Assembly: GCF_964204645.1 (NCBI RefSeq)
Contig: NC_134036.1
Span: 9,589,859 to 9,653,858, forward strand
Direction: 5' to 3'
DNA: 64,000 nt
DNA from: Tubulanus polymorphus
Lineage: Eukaryota; Animalia; Nemertea
The notes below the pieces were generated by a model. The model was not told the DNA's origin and ran no database searches. It saw only the letters and a list, made by a program, of their open reading frames with translations. Positions 1 to 11,153 of this stretch are shown in pieces. Both the position numbers and the translations under genes were made by a program. Within the stretch, counting starts at the first letter, position 1, and the number at the start of each line of letters is the position of its first letter.

Positions 1-338
1 GCTGGCCCATTTCGCTTCCACCTCTACACTGACTATTGATATTCAAGTTGCTTAATTTGGATTTATGGTGAAATTCATAGATAATAACATTTTGATTTTA
101 CTATATTTACAGATTTACTACAATACAAGTTTTTAATCAGTCAATGTGGAATTATCTTTACAGGATTTTCTTAACGGTGAGTGTTTGATGCACACCTGCC
201 TTAAACCAATATTCCAAAATAAGCAACTGAAATTATCCCCTGGCCAGTGTAGCGGGCGGGAGAGATTTAAACAGAAGGAATGCTGGCCCATTTCGCTTCC
301 ACCTCTACACTGACTATTGATATTCAAGTTGCTTAATT
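1..338. repeat. Direct duplication: 1-57 identical to 282-338 (281-bp period), downstream of the RAG1-like transposase ORF
   Basis: gctggcccatttcgcttccacc...gttgcttaatt occurs at both positions; the first copy is cut by the window edge. Confidence 0.85.
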
Positions 339-451
339 GCGTATTCACGGTTTCATAACTACTATCTATATACTAATCAAGGATTTCAATTCATATACCA
401 TTTTCATTTACTGTATGAAAATTGGTTTTTAATTGTTGTATTTTGGTAAAT

Positions 452-1112
452 CTATAATTTTGCAATTTTCTTGCAGATTTTACAAACTCTAGCTTCATTG
501 GTTTTTTTATAGAAACCTCCGCATTGACATTTTCTTTTTATAGCATCGATCTTCAGGGTTTTAGTTGTATACAATCCTTGATTGATGAATAGTAGTTTGG
601 TTCTGAAGATGTTGTTTCGTATTGTGCAATAAATCCGTGCATCTCTGTTTACACTTGCATGTTTGCACTCTAGGCCCTGTTCGCTAAACAGGCCTAGAGA
701 GCCCCATAATCTAACAAATCTAGGTACATGAAACAGAAGTATGTGGAGCTTGGGTGTGATGTTAGTTTGGGGGAAGGTTTTAGGGAACCATGATCCAAAT
801 GTATTGCAAAGATAATCTAACTGATCAATTTCCTGAGGGGTAAGCATCCGGTTGGCTGTATATAAGCTGTATAAATGATGGAATTTCTCAAACAGAGAAT
901 AGAATTTATGTTCCTCCTCTGGGTGCCCGGCAAGAACTTTGCATAATTTCTGAGGGTTGTTTACATCCGACCTTTGATCTATATACAGTAATTTGTGGAT
1001 ATGATTTCCTACAAAGGAATTCGAATGATATGCCTGTTTATCGATTCCTATTTCTTTAAGTATTTCATTCAGGCGTTTCTGCAGTGGACCCATCTTAGCG
1101 TTGACTCTTTCG
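452..1112 (-). CDS. C-terminal part of RAG1/Transib/Chapaev-like DDE transposase (split by LTR retrotransposon)
   Basis: TPKLHILLFHV (cf. RAG1 H937/H942 Zn ligands), GLFSEQGLE (cf. RAG1 E962 region), C-terminal CxC...CxxC; in frame with 7147-9287 once the LTR element and one TSD are removed. Confidence 0.85.
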
Positions 1113-1117
1113 AATAC

Positions 1118-1334
1118 TGTCGGGAATTGTTATATGTCAGTTACCAGTAACGCACTCCCCTCAGTTCATGTAACCCCGCCTATGTAAGCCCCGCATGAAC
1201 TTATGCTGTAGCGAGTAGATAAATAAATCAGAGTTTACTTAGACACCAAACATATTGGTCGTTGTTCACCTCTCCGGCGGTCTTGCTTATTTTACTCAAA
1301 CCTGGACCATTTAATGTGGCAATCATAGCCCACA
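1118..1334 (+). repeat. 5' LTR (217 bp)
   Basis: TGTCGGG...GCCCACA, no differences from the 3' LTR seen by eye; contains AATAAA. Confidence 0.95.
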
Positions 1335-1337
1335 TTT

Positions 1338-1355
1338 TGGTGCCGTGACCAGGAT
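1338..1355 (+). promoter_or_regulatory. Primer-binding site complementary to the tRNA-His 3' end
   Basis: TGGTGCCGTGACCAGGAT is the reverse complement of invertebrate-type tRNA-His ...ATCCTGGTCACGGCA-CCA; 3 nt after the LTR. Confidence 0.9.
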
Positions 1356-1410
1356 ATACAAGCAGTAAATTCAGAAACTCAGCCAAGATGCCGTCGAAAG
1401 AAGAGATATA

Positions 1411-4400
1411 ATGCGAAATGCGCAAATTCGACAGATGACGAAACTTTTTGATCAGGCGAGGGATTTACTTCATTCGGAAAGTGACGAAAGCCTAGACAAA
1501 TTGTCTGGCGTCATAACTAGAATACGTACAAAATTGGAAGTTATCGCAGGATATGATTCGGAACTGATTGCGAACGCAGAGTTAGGGAAACTCGAAGACC
1601 TCGTATGTGAAACCGATGATTATATGAACGAAATAAACATCGAACTATCAACCTTCATCGGATACCTCGAACGGAAAAAGAATCAAATCGAACCGACAAC
1701 GCGCATGAAATCCGAGCAACAAAAAACTGCGAAAAGACCGATCCAGTTGCCGAAGTTATCTTTGCCAACATTCGATGGCGATATTCTGAAATGGCAAACG
1801 TTCTTCGATGGGTTTTTCTCGGCAGTTGATAGTGATGAGAACTTAACGAATATCCAAAAGTTCCAATATCTGTCCGCACAGCTAAAGGGCGACGCAGCAA
1901 AAACGATCGAAAACCTGAGTTTAACAAACGAAAATTATAATCAAGCTTTGGAACTTTTGTTAAACCGGTACGGGACACCACACAAAATTGTGGCCGCATA
2001 CATGAAAGCGTTGTGGGAGCTTTCACCACCGAGTGATCGCGACAACTCACTACGGAATTTCTATGACTCTCTGGAATCTTATATTCGTGGATTAAATTCA
2101 CTCGGAAAATCCGAAGAATCGTACGGAGATCTGTTAGTACCCATCATAATGGAAAAACTACCGAGCGGAACTAAACAACAGATTACCAGAGACCACGGTA
2201 ACAATGCTTGGAGCCTGACTGATCTAAGAAAGTCACTCCTTAAAGAAATTGAGGCCTTCGAGGCTAGTATCGAAAGCCTTACGATAGAGGATGATTTTCC
2301 CACCAACTCGCCGACCGTGGGAGCGTTCGCAGTTACGGCGAAAAACAGACATAATTTTTCACGGGAAAACGATCGAAAATGTGCGTTCTGCAAAAAGATC
2401 AATCACGTTGCGGTGGACTGTAAAACGTTTCCAGATGCTGAAAAACGCAGAGAAATTGTTGCTAGGGATAATTTATGCTTTAATTGTCTCTCGAGCGGTC
2501 ACAAATCGACGAAATGCTTATCGAAAAACAGATGCAGAGTTACAAACTGTGGCAAAAAGCATCACACATCAGTTCATTTAGATGCAAATTCAACCACACC
2601 TGTGGCCGCAAAATCAACCGATGAGAAAGCTGACAGGGATTGACATCAGTATCTGGGCGCCGCCGATGGAACAGTGTTATTAAAAACAGCTATCGCGAAC
2701 GCAAAAAGTCGCGAAGGCGTAACGACTAACGTAAACATCTTGTTCGACGAGGGCGCTCAGCGGAGTTTTATTACTCAATGAACAGCCGAAAGATTATATA
2801 TAAACAGTGAAGAAACCGAAACTATATCGATCAACACATTTGGCGCGAAACAATCAAGTGCGCGGTCACTGATTGTTGCGAACTTTACACTATGTTCTGA
2901 TGAAACCGACATACCGATAACGGCGTTAATTGTTCCACAAATTGCGTCGACAATGCGAAACCAAACCGGCAGATCTATCAAAGATTTACCGTATCTGACA
3001 GGTTTGAAATTAGCGCATCCGTTTTCTACCGAATCACACTTCGAAATCGACATTTTAATCGGTGCCGATTTCTATTGGTCAGTGGTCGGTAACCACACAA
3101 TCCGCGGAAATGGACCCACGGCAGTATCTTCGAAATTAGGGTATCTTCTCTCTGGACCGTTTAGTGATTGCGATCCAATAAATACTGCACGAGTTTACAA
3201 CGTGGATGTTACGTCACATCGTTCGGAGGAAGTCAACCTCCAAAAATTCTGGGATCTCGAATCCATAGGCGTAACTGATGCAACAGATGCGGCTTCAAAA
3301 GAATTCAATCTACTCGACTACTGTCAATCAAGCCTGACGACATCCGACACGGGACGGTATACTGCGAAGTTGCCGTGGAAGAGTGGACACGCCCCCCTTC
3401 CGACAAATTACTATGTTACTCGAAACATAACACAATCGATGATTCGTCGGCTATCGCCGCAAATTCGAAATGTTTACCACAACATTATCATGGATCAATT
3501 ATCGCGAGACTTCATCGAAGAAGTCACAGATGATGACCGAAACATAGGTCATTATTTACCGCATCGCGCGGTCAAGAAGGAATCGTCAACAACCCCTATC
3601 CGTATCGTCTATAACGCGTCTTTATCGACCGCGGGAAACCCTAGTTTAAATGATTGTTTGGAGACCGGTCCGACGCTGCTGAATGACCTCGGTTCAATCC
3701 TGATCAGATTCAGGTTGCATAAATTCGGATTGTCGGCGGATATCGAAAAGGCGTTTCTTCAAGTTGGTCTGCACGATGATGATCGCGAGTATACGAAATT
3801 TCTATGGTTGACTGATCCTAAGAATCCAGAAAGTGAACTCAAAACCTATCGCTTCAAGGTTATATTGTTCGGCGTGGTGAGTTCACCCTTTATATTGAAT
3901 GCTACTGTTCGTTTTCATCTAAATAATTATAATAACCATGTATCACGTGACTTAGTTAAAAATATATATGTCGACAACGCGATTAGTGGATGTGAATCTG
4001 AGAGCGATCTCATGAAATACTATACGAATATCAATAGCATAATGAAAAACGGCGGATTTAAACTTCAGTCTTATGCTTCTAACTCTTCGTTACTAAAGGC
4101 CAAAGCAGATTCCGATAATTTATCGGACGAGAAAACTATTGTTTCTACGCTCGGACTCCAATGGGATACGGTGAATGATACGCTGTCATTCAAAAACAAA
4201 CAAGCGTTCGCCAATCCTGACTTGATTACCAAACGCGAAATCGTTAAGGCTGTCTCGAGCCTTTATGACCCGTTAGGATACGTCTCGCCTGTCCATATTA
4301 AGTCGAAGATGTTCGTACAGCAGTTGTGGACGGAAGGTTATGAGTGGGACGAAACCCTACCCGAGCGCGTAGTCGAATCGTGGATCTCGTTGATAACGGA

Positions 4401-6667
4401 ATTGCGTGAAATTAGCGAAATACGCGTTGATCGACGCTACTCGAAATCGGAAGCGAAATCGGAAGCTAAGTACGAATTGCACACTTTCTGCGATGCGAGC
4501 CAATTGGCATACGGCGCTTGCGTCTATCTAAAACGTGGAGATGGTACTCGTCATGTCTAAATCGCGTGTGGCACCTGTTAAAAAACATACGATACCGCAG
4601 TTAGAATTAATGGCCGCGTTGATTGGTGCTAAATTAACAGATTACGTTCGAAACAGTCTGATTACTGAAATAGTCATAACAAAGTGCGTGCTCTGGTCAG
4701 ATAGCCAGATTATGTTACACTGGATCAACTCCGAGAAAAAGCTTCCCGTCTTCGTAGCTAATCGCGTGCGTCAAATTAAATCGGTGACAACTATCGGTCG
4801 CTATAAATATTGTCCGACGAGTGACAATCCGGCTGATATGTTAAGCAGAGGAATATCGTGCGAACAAATTACGCGATGCACGCTCTGGTGGAATGGCCCT
4901 AGCTGGCTTAGCAACGGTAATTATCCCACCTGCGACACGATCGATCGAGCAGTTTTGCTCATAACCGAAATGGACGAGGACAAACAGCCTGACGAAAAAA
5001 TCTGCGAAAACAACGAATTCGGAATATGTAACGTAATAGATCAGAACGATTTCACTTCGTTAACAAGGCTATTACGCGTAACCGCGCTAGTTCGACGATT
5101 TATTAAAAAGTTAAGACGCGAAAACCATGAATCGGATGAAATAACTGCTAACGAAATAGCAGAATGCGAAGATCTATGGAACAAAGGTGTTCAATCGAGT
5201 TACTTCAATGACGTGAAAGTTAGTTTAGAACATAAATCTAAGAAAAGGCCATCACTTGTAAAGAAACTTCGTTTGTTTTTAGAAGATGATATCATTCGTG
5301 TTGGAGGCCGTCTCCATAACGCGCCCATCGGATACGATGCAAAGTTTCCGATATTGTTACCTCATTGTAGATATAGTGAATTAATCGTACTGGATTCCCA
5401 TAATAAGGTCAAACACCTCGGTACAGAATCTACTATAACCGTAGTCCGACAAAAGTATTGGATTACTCGTGTTCGTCAAGTGGCTCGGAAGTTGTTGAGA
5501 AAATGCGTCATATGCAAATATATCACCGGTAAACCGTACTCGTTACCAAACTGCGCTCCGTTACAATCTTCGCGTTTGAAAGAGGCTCCACCCTTCACCG
5601 TCTGTGGTTTAGATTTCACCGGTGCACTACATCTTCGGTCGAAATCCGGGGAGGAGTCACTCGCGTATATATGCTTGTTTACTTGCGCGAACACGCGTGC
5701 CATCCATCTGGAAGTGGTAACGGACATGACTACGTCAACATTCCTACACGCGTTGAGGAGAATGGCTGCCAGACGTTCGTTACCGCAGAAAATAATATCG
5801 GACAACCAATCAACCTTTATTGCGAGTAACAATGCTATCAAAAAGATATACGAATCGATCGAAACCCGAAAGTACTTCAGCCTACACCGATCAGAGTGGG
5901 TCATGATAACTCGTCGAGCCCCCTGGTTTGGTGGATTTTACGAAAGGCTAGTTGGAATAACAAAAACCGCGATCAAAAAAGTTCTGGGGCGTGCGCGAAT
6001 ATCCCTGCTGGAATTGATTACGATCGTATCAGAGACTGAACAAGCTGTAAATAATCGCCCGATATCGTACTGTTCATCTGATGTGGACGACCCAGAACCT
6101 TTAACCCCGTCACATTTCCTTCACGGTCGCGTTCTCACGAGTTTACCGCATCTGTTCGTAAGTTACGATGAACTGACCGACCCGACGCTTGGAAATATAC
6201 CGTCAGAATTTGAAAAACGTTCGGTGCGAATCGGTTCATTAAAACAACATCTGTGGAAACGTTGGGCTGAGGAATACGTAACAGCCCTACGCGAAAGACA
6301 CATCCAATTTAAAAGTCGCGGATTAACTGGAAATACCATCAGAAAGGGTGATGTCGTGTTAGTACACGACGACAATCATAATTCGCGTCTGAAATGGAAA
6401 CTAGCACTGGTCGAGGAACTCGTTCCGGGGAACGACGGCTTAGTTAGAACCGCTAAGATCAAAATTTCGAATGGCAGAACTAATCGACCAATTAGCAAAC
6501 TCTACCCTCTTGAAGTGCGCGCCGCAGATCCCTCGAACACGTGCAAACCGGACTCAAACGTAAATTCTGCACCTGTCACACGTCATTCGACGAGAAAGGC
6601 AGCTGCCGAGGCTAGAAATAACATCAGTAGATGGGCTAACGTGCTGTCTGATACATGTCGTAGTTAA
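1411..6667 (+). pseudogene. BEL/Pao gag-pol polyprotein (DUF1759-type gag, three Zn knuckles, aspartic protease, RT, RNase H, integrase) with two nonsense codons and one frameshift
   Basis: LPKLSLPTFDG; CAFC/CFNC/CGKKHH knuckles; LFDEGAQRSFI protease; ADIEKAF and YVDN RT; FCDAS RNase H; GLDFTG, SDNQSTF, GGFYER integrase. In-frame TGA at 2641-2643 and 2779-2781, frameshift near 4545. Confidence 0.93.
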
Positions 6668-6922
6668 TTAATTGATAACCGCTCAGGTCAACGCTAGGTC
6701 ACTCGGACCTAAACAACAAACACAACGCAATGTAGTAGACTTTATAATCTTAGTTTTAGAATTAATTTCAATTATACACATCTTTTTTAGTTGTCAGTAG
6801 TTCCTTATCTGACTATCATAAATTTATAACAATATACATGCATCATTTATTCGAATATCGATATTATTTAGTTGTAGTAACATTTTTCTTAATTACATCT
6901 ATCTAGTAATTTTCTGTCGCCC

Positions 6923-6929
6923 GGGAGAA
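6923..6929 (+). promoter_or_regulatory. Short polypurine tract
   Basis: GGGAGAA abuts the 3' LTR. Confidence 0.7.
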
Positions 6930-7146
6930 TGTCGGGAATTGTTATATGTCAGTTACCAGTAACGCACTCCCCTCAGTTCATGTAACCCCGCCTATGTAAG
7001 CCCCGCATGAACTTATGCTGTAGCGAGTAGATAAATAAATCAGAGTTTACTTAGACACCAAACATATTGGTCGTTGTTCACCTCTCCGGCGGTCTTGCTT
7101 ATTTTACTCAAACCTGGACCATTTAATGTGGCAATCATAGCCCACA
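6930..7146 (+). repeat. 3' LTR (217 bp)
   Basis: Direct repeat of 1118-1334, followed by the TSD AATAC. Confidence 0.95.
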
Positions 7147-9287
7147 AATACTTTGTTGAGTAGAGTTTGGGCTTCACCTATTTGTGATTTTGTGCTATTT
7201 TGTAGAGTTTTTAAATCATTGATGTATTTCACACTTTGTTTGATTATAGAATCTGCTGATGGTTTCTTACCAGTGACACATTCGACACAAATGAAATTAT
7301 CTACATTATCGATACACTGACTGTGATATGGAGCCTCACATTCTTTACAGTAAGTATACTGATGAGGCTTTGCCTGTTCAATGGTTCGAATAATACATAT
7401 AGGTGCCGTGCAGCTAATTGGTGTTCTTTTTTTCTTCTTGGCAGTCTTTAACATGTCTAATACATCATTACTACTGTTGATTTCTAATTTCAATGACTCT
7501 AATTCAGCGGTTAATCTTGAAAGATTTTTTGAGAGATCCTGCCATTCGGCGTTGAGATCAGGATCTCGATCTCCTAACGAAACTCTATCTATGTCTTTAC
7601 ATTTGTCTTCCAACATGTTGAAAAAGAAAAGACCGAGGCCTAGGGATATATGTAGTGGAGGGGGGACAACATGATCCAAGTCATCAGGCATTATAAGCAT
7701 TGGTGCGCATACATTTTCAGTTTCTGGTCCAGGCTGAATTTCATTCAGCCTGCCTAGATTGTCTTTGTACTGTGCAATTGTTCTCTCTGTGAACTTGCAG
7801 GATTCCAAGTTATGTGGCAAACTATTCTTTTTCCTGATGTCCTCTAGTTTGACAAGGCACCACACACAAGGATACGTAGCAGTAGATCCTTGGTGACCTA
7901 GGCACTGACATAGAAAATGATAGTCGCCGATAATGAAAAATCGAACTATTACTTTCTTTTCTTCATTTTCAATCTCTACATCGATGTAATTTGTTGCGGA
8001 CATTTCATGTCTGAAATACCCAAATATGCTCTCCATATTTACGGTAGAGTCAGTTCCTTCGAAATATCCTAACATTTCAGCTTCGTCGGGATTATTACCC
8101 ACCCTGCTGTTAACGATAGAATAAATCATCTTTGTACTCCCACCCCCTTTGTCAATTCCAATCTTAACCCAGATTTCCCCGTGAAATGCTTCTGAATCAA
8201 TCAATTTGCCAGATCTTATTAACCGTGACACAGTCCTTTCAAGCTGATGTTTAACATTGGATATTGTTGCATATGGGGAAATTTTTATCTCGTGGGTGCG
8301 ACTATTCACCTCTAGTGGTTTCTCTCCGACCGATATGTAAGGAGCCAATTTCCTGCCACGCATCTCAATCTCGGCTCTAATTTTGGCTATTGCAGGAAAT
8401 ATATTAATTTTGTAGTATCTTAGAACCTGTATTAACTGAAGCAAACGAGTCATCGTCAAGCGTAATCTTAATTTTAGTTCGACCGCTTCTTCTGGTGTGA
8501 GGGTTTTTGAAACAGCATTGAATCGAGCAATTTTCAATGCATTGTTAGCGAGATTTTGATATTGATTCAGAAATTTAGCTAAAGTAAATGAACTATTTTC
8601 TATTGTAGGTTTTTTCGCTGATGTATAATCTAAAATGGTTTTCAATTTTGCTGCCCTCTTCTCTACTGTTTGTTGACTGGCTGAAAGTGATGGTACAATT
8701 GGTTCGTCTAATTTAGTGAAAGTGGATGTGTGCGCGGATGATATAAGTCGACCTTTAAAGATTGGATCATTGATGGTATAGCTATCAGGAAGCTGAACAA
8801 TATTGGTTGCGCCAAAAACAGAATCCATGTGCGACTTTATGCTATTAAGACTTTTGTTTTCGGCCTGAACAATTTCGATTTTCTTGTCTTTTTCGAGTAA
8901 TATGTTGTTTTTTTCCATCAATTGTTGGTTCAATTGAACGATTGTATTGTTCAACTGTTCAATTTCTAATTCCATTTTAACTAGCTGACCATCTCTTTGT
9001 TTTAGTTCTTTCTGTAATAGGGATATGTGTAGATTAACTTTTCCTTCTTCTACGTCTGTTTGAGATTCCTGATGAACTTTCTGAACTAATGGGGTAAATT
9101 GAAGGGGTGTTTTAAATGAATTCAATGGAACAGTGGGATGGATAGGACTTGATGTTGCCAGATGTAGAATATGTGATGAATCTGATGAAAATGATGATAA
9201 ACTTTCTGCATCTGATGATGTATTCGAGTACGAGTGGGCGGCAGAATTTTGGAGATCTTCACTACTGTTCATGTTAGTTGCTTTCAT
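7147..9287 (-). CDS. N-terminal and central part of RAG1/Transib/Chapaev-like transposase with coiled coil and internal PHD finger
   Basis: KIGIDKGG (first Asp, 8151-8153), FFIIGDY..LGHQG..ATYPCVWC (second Asp 7923-7925 plus CxxC, cf. RAG1 D708/C727/C730), PPPLHISLG, C4-H-C3 finger at 7278-7412. Confidence 0.85.
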
Positions 9288-9428
9288 GTTTCCTTAATCA
9301 AATCAAAATGAAAACATAAATAAAACATTTAAATAAAAAAGGTATTGCTACTTGCAAGTATTAAGAAATGAAATAAAGTGCATTTTGCATCTCGCATATT
9401 AATAAAGCAATGTATTGAAGTTCATTAA

Positions 9429-9709
9429 AGCGTGATCACACAAAGTTATTTAGACTGGTCTAAATTTGGCCCGGTCCAACTTGGACTGGACCAAAGCGTG
9501 ATGAGTTTAAAACTATTGAATTGAACAATTTTGATGATTGCAGTATATTATATAATATAATAAACTGCAATCATCACAATTGTTCAAATATAAAACTGCA
9601 AGTCATTACAATCTGGAACCAATTTAGCAACGCGTATGTGAACGCACACTCAGTGATTTGATCCAATCCAAACTAAACCGGTCGAACTAGTGGTAGTGTG
9701 AATCCAGCT
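9429..9709. mobile_element. Degenerate PIF/Harbinger-like MITE
   Basis: Imperfect TIRs agcgtgatcacac / gtgtgaatccagct. Confidence 0.4.
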
Positions 9710-9751
9710 TTGAATTTACACAAAATATGTGATCATTTAATCTTTAATATA

Positions 9752-9895
9752 CAGTTAAACTCGCTTCAGTCATCATCATATATGTCACATAACAAATGTT
9801 ATCTATATTTTAGTCCCAATTTCTATAGGACTAAAATTTAGTAAGTCTTCATCTGGATTACATCATGATCATCCTGACTTAAGAGAGTTTCACTG
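9752..9895. mobile_element. Tc1/pogo-like MITE
   Basis: TA-cagttaaactcgcttcagtca ... tgacttaagagagtttcactg imperfect TIRs. Confidence 0.5.
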
Positions 9896-10565
9896 TTTAG
9901 ATTTTTATTAGTACATGAAACAACCATTGTTAGTGTAACAAATTAACTTTTCAGAACTTTTGAACTTCACGAAATGTATTGCCATTAATATATTTATTGA
10001 TGACACAAACTGATACTTGATATGTTGGCAAAATTGTTTTAATATAATAAATGACTTCATTTCATGTCGGTGAGAGAATAAATTATATAATTTACTACTA
10101 TAAAACTTACCCTCCAGTGTGACTTCAATTTTTGGTGGTTTATCAACACAAGGTGGCAATATTCTGAGAAAATCACAGAACTGGAACTCGGTCTAACACA
10201 AAAAAATCCTCTCGGCAGTCCGCAATAGTCACGTCATGGGAAAATCCATTGTAACGTCATTGGAAAAATGCTTTTTGGAATTTACAGTCTTACATGTATT
10301 TAAGTCTTCCTTTGATTATCGGGCCTGTTTATTTTATTAAAGAACTTCACAATTTATTTTTGAGAGAGTATACTTTTTGGTTGGAGATAATCAAAGGAAG
10401 ACTTAAATATGAGTTAACTATACACGATTGATTTTAAAACTGATGAAAATGGAAAAAAGAATCACGTAATAATACATTAGAGCTTTTATTGATAACACTT
10501 AATTGAAATAAGAACACTAACATTAACAGTAAATTCATATGAAAATAGGATCATAGAATACTTAC

Positions 10566-10686
10566 TTGATTCTATCATCTTTTTGATTTTGTTTTTCTTT
10601 CCCTTTTTATTCCCTCCAAAATAAAGTTTTCTTTTTCCTCTCACACCCTTTGACTCGAGACTCCTGTTTACATTTTTATCCGCCAT
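10566..10686 (-). CDS. Putative first coding exon of the RAG1-like transposase (basic, NLS-like)
   Basis: MADKNVNRSLESKGVRGKRKLYFGGNKKGKKNKIKKMIES then A|GTAAGT donor; phase 1 joins in frame to an AG acceptor at 9294-9293. Confidence 0.45.
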
Positions 10687-11153
10687 CGTGAACATAGATA
10701 ATTTAGATCAATACTGCTGATTTCCGTTCCTGGAAGTATCATCAGCCGTTATAAAGCAAAGTAGATAATTTCAATTATTTGGTTTAGAGATAAAGGTTTA
10801 ACTTACACTTACATTACCCGTAAGATTTTATAGGCCTACACTGGTTCAGCAGCTCACGTCGCCGATCAAAACAACTTGGGATACCTGGACCACTGTGCGT
10901 TCCGATCTAGAATATAATTAAACATCAGTATAAAAAACAACCTAAGAATTAGATGTACTGCAAACTGAGAATATCTGATTTTTAAATGCAGTCTGATCTT
11001 CCTAGTACCAGTATGCGGGTTTTCTAGACCCCCCCCCCATTTGTTAAAAGTTCCACTAAAATGAAATCAGCAACCCCCCCCCTAATTCCACCCACCCTAC
11101 GGCCTGCTGGATTAGGAAGGCCTATGATAATTAGTATTTAAACAGCTAATTTG

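Larger units (their letters stand above)
1118..7146 (+). mobile_element. Full-length BEL/Pao LTR retrotransposon (6029 bp)
   Basis: TG...CA LTRs at 1118-1334 and 6930-7146, 5-bp TSD AATAC (1113-1117, 7147-7151), PBS, PPT, gag-PR-RT-RH-IN domain order. Confidence 0.97.

Noticed and set aside
2641-2781. TGA as selenocysteine or an alternative genetic code
   Set aside because: Other ORFs end in TGA, no SECIS is seen, and CGA>TGA mutation is simpler
10111-10163. Extra small exon (ILPPCVDKPPKIEVTLE) of the transposase
   Set aside because: Good splice signals, but phases do not join both neighbouring exons without a further unseen exon
9300-11150. A RAG2-like partner gene next to the RAG1-like ORF
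   Set aside because: No kelch-repeat ORF on this side; the 3' side lies mostly outside the window and is untested
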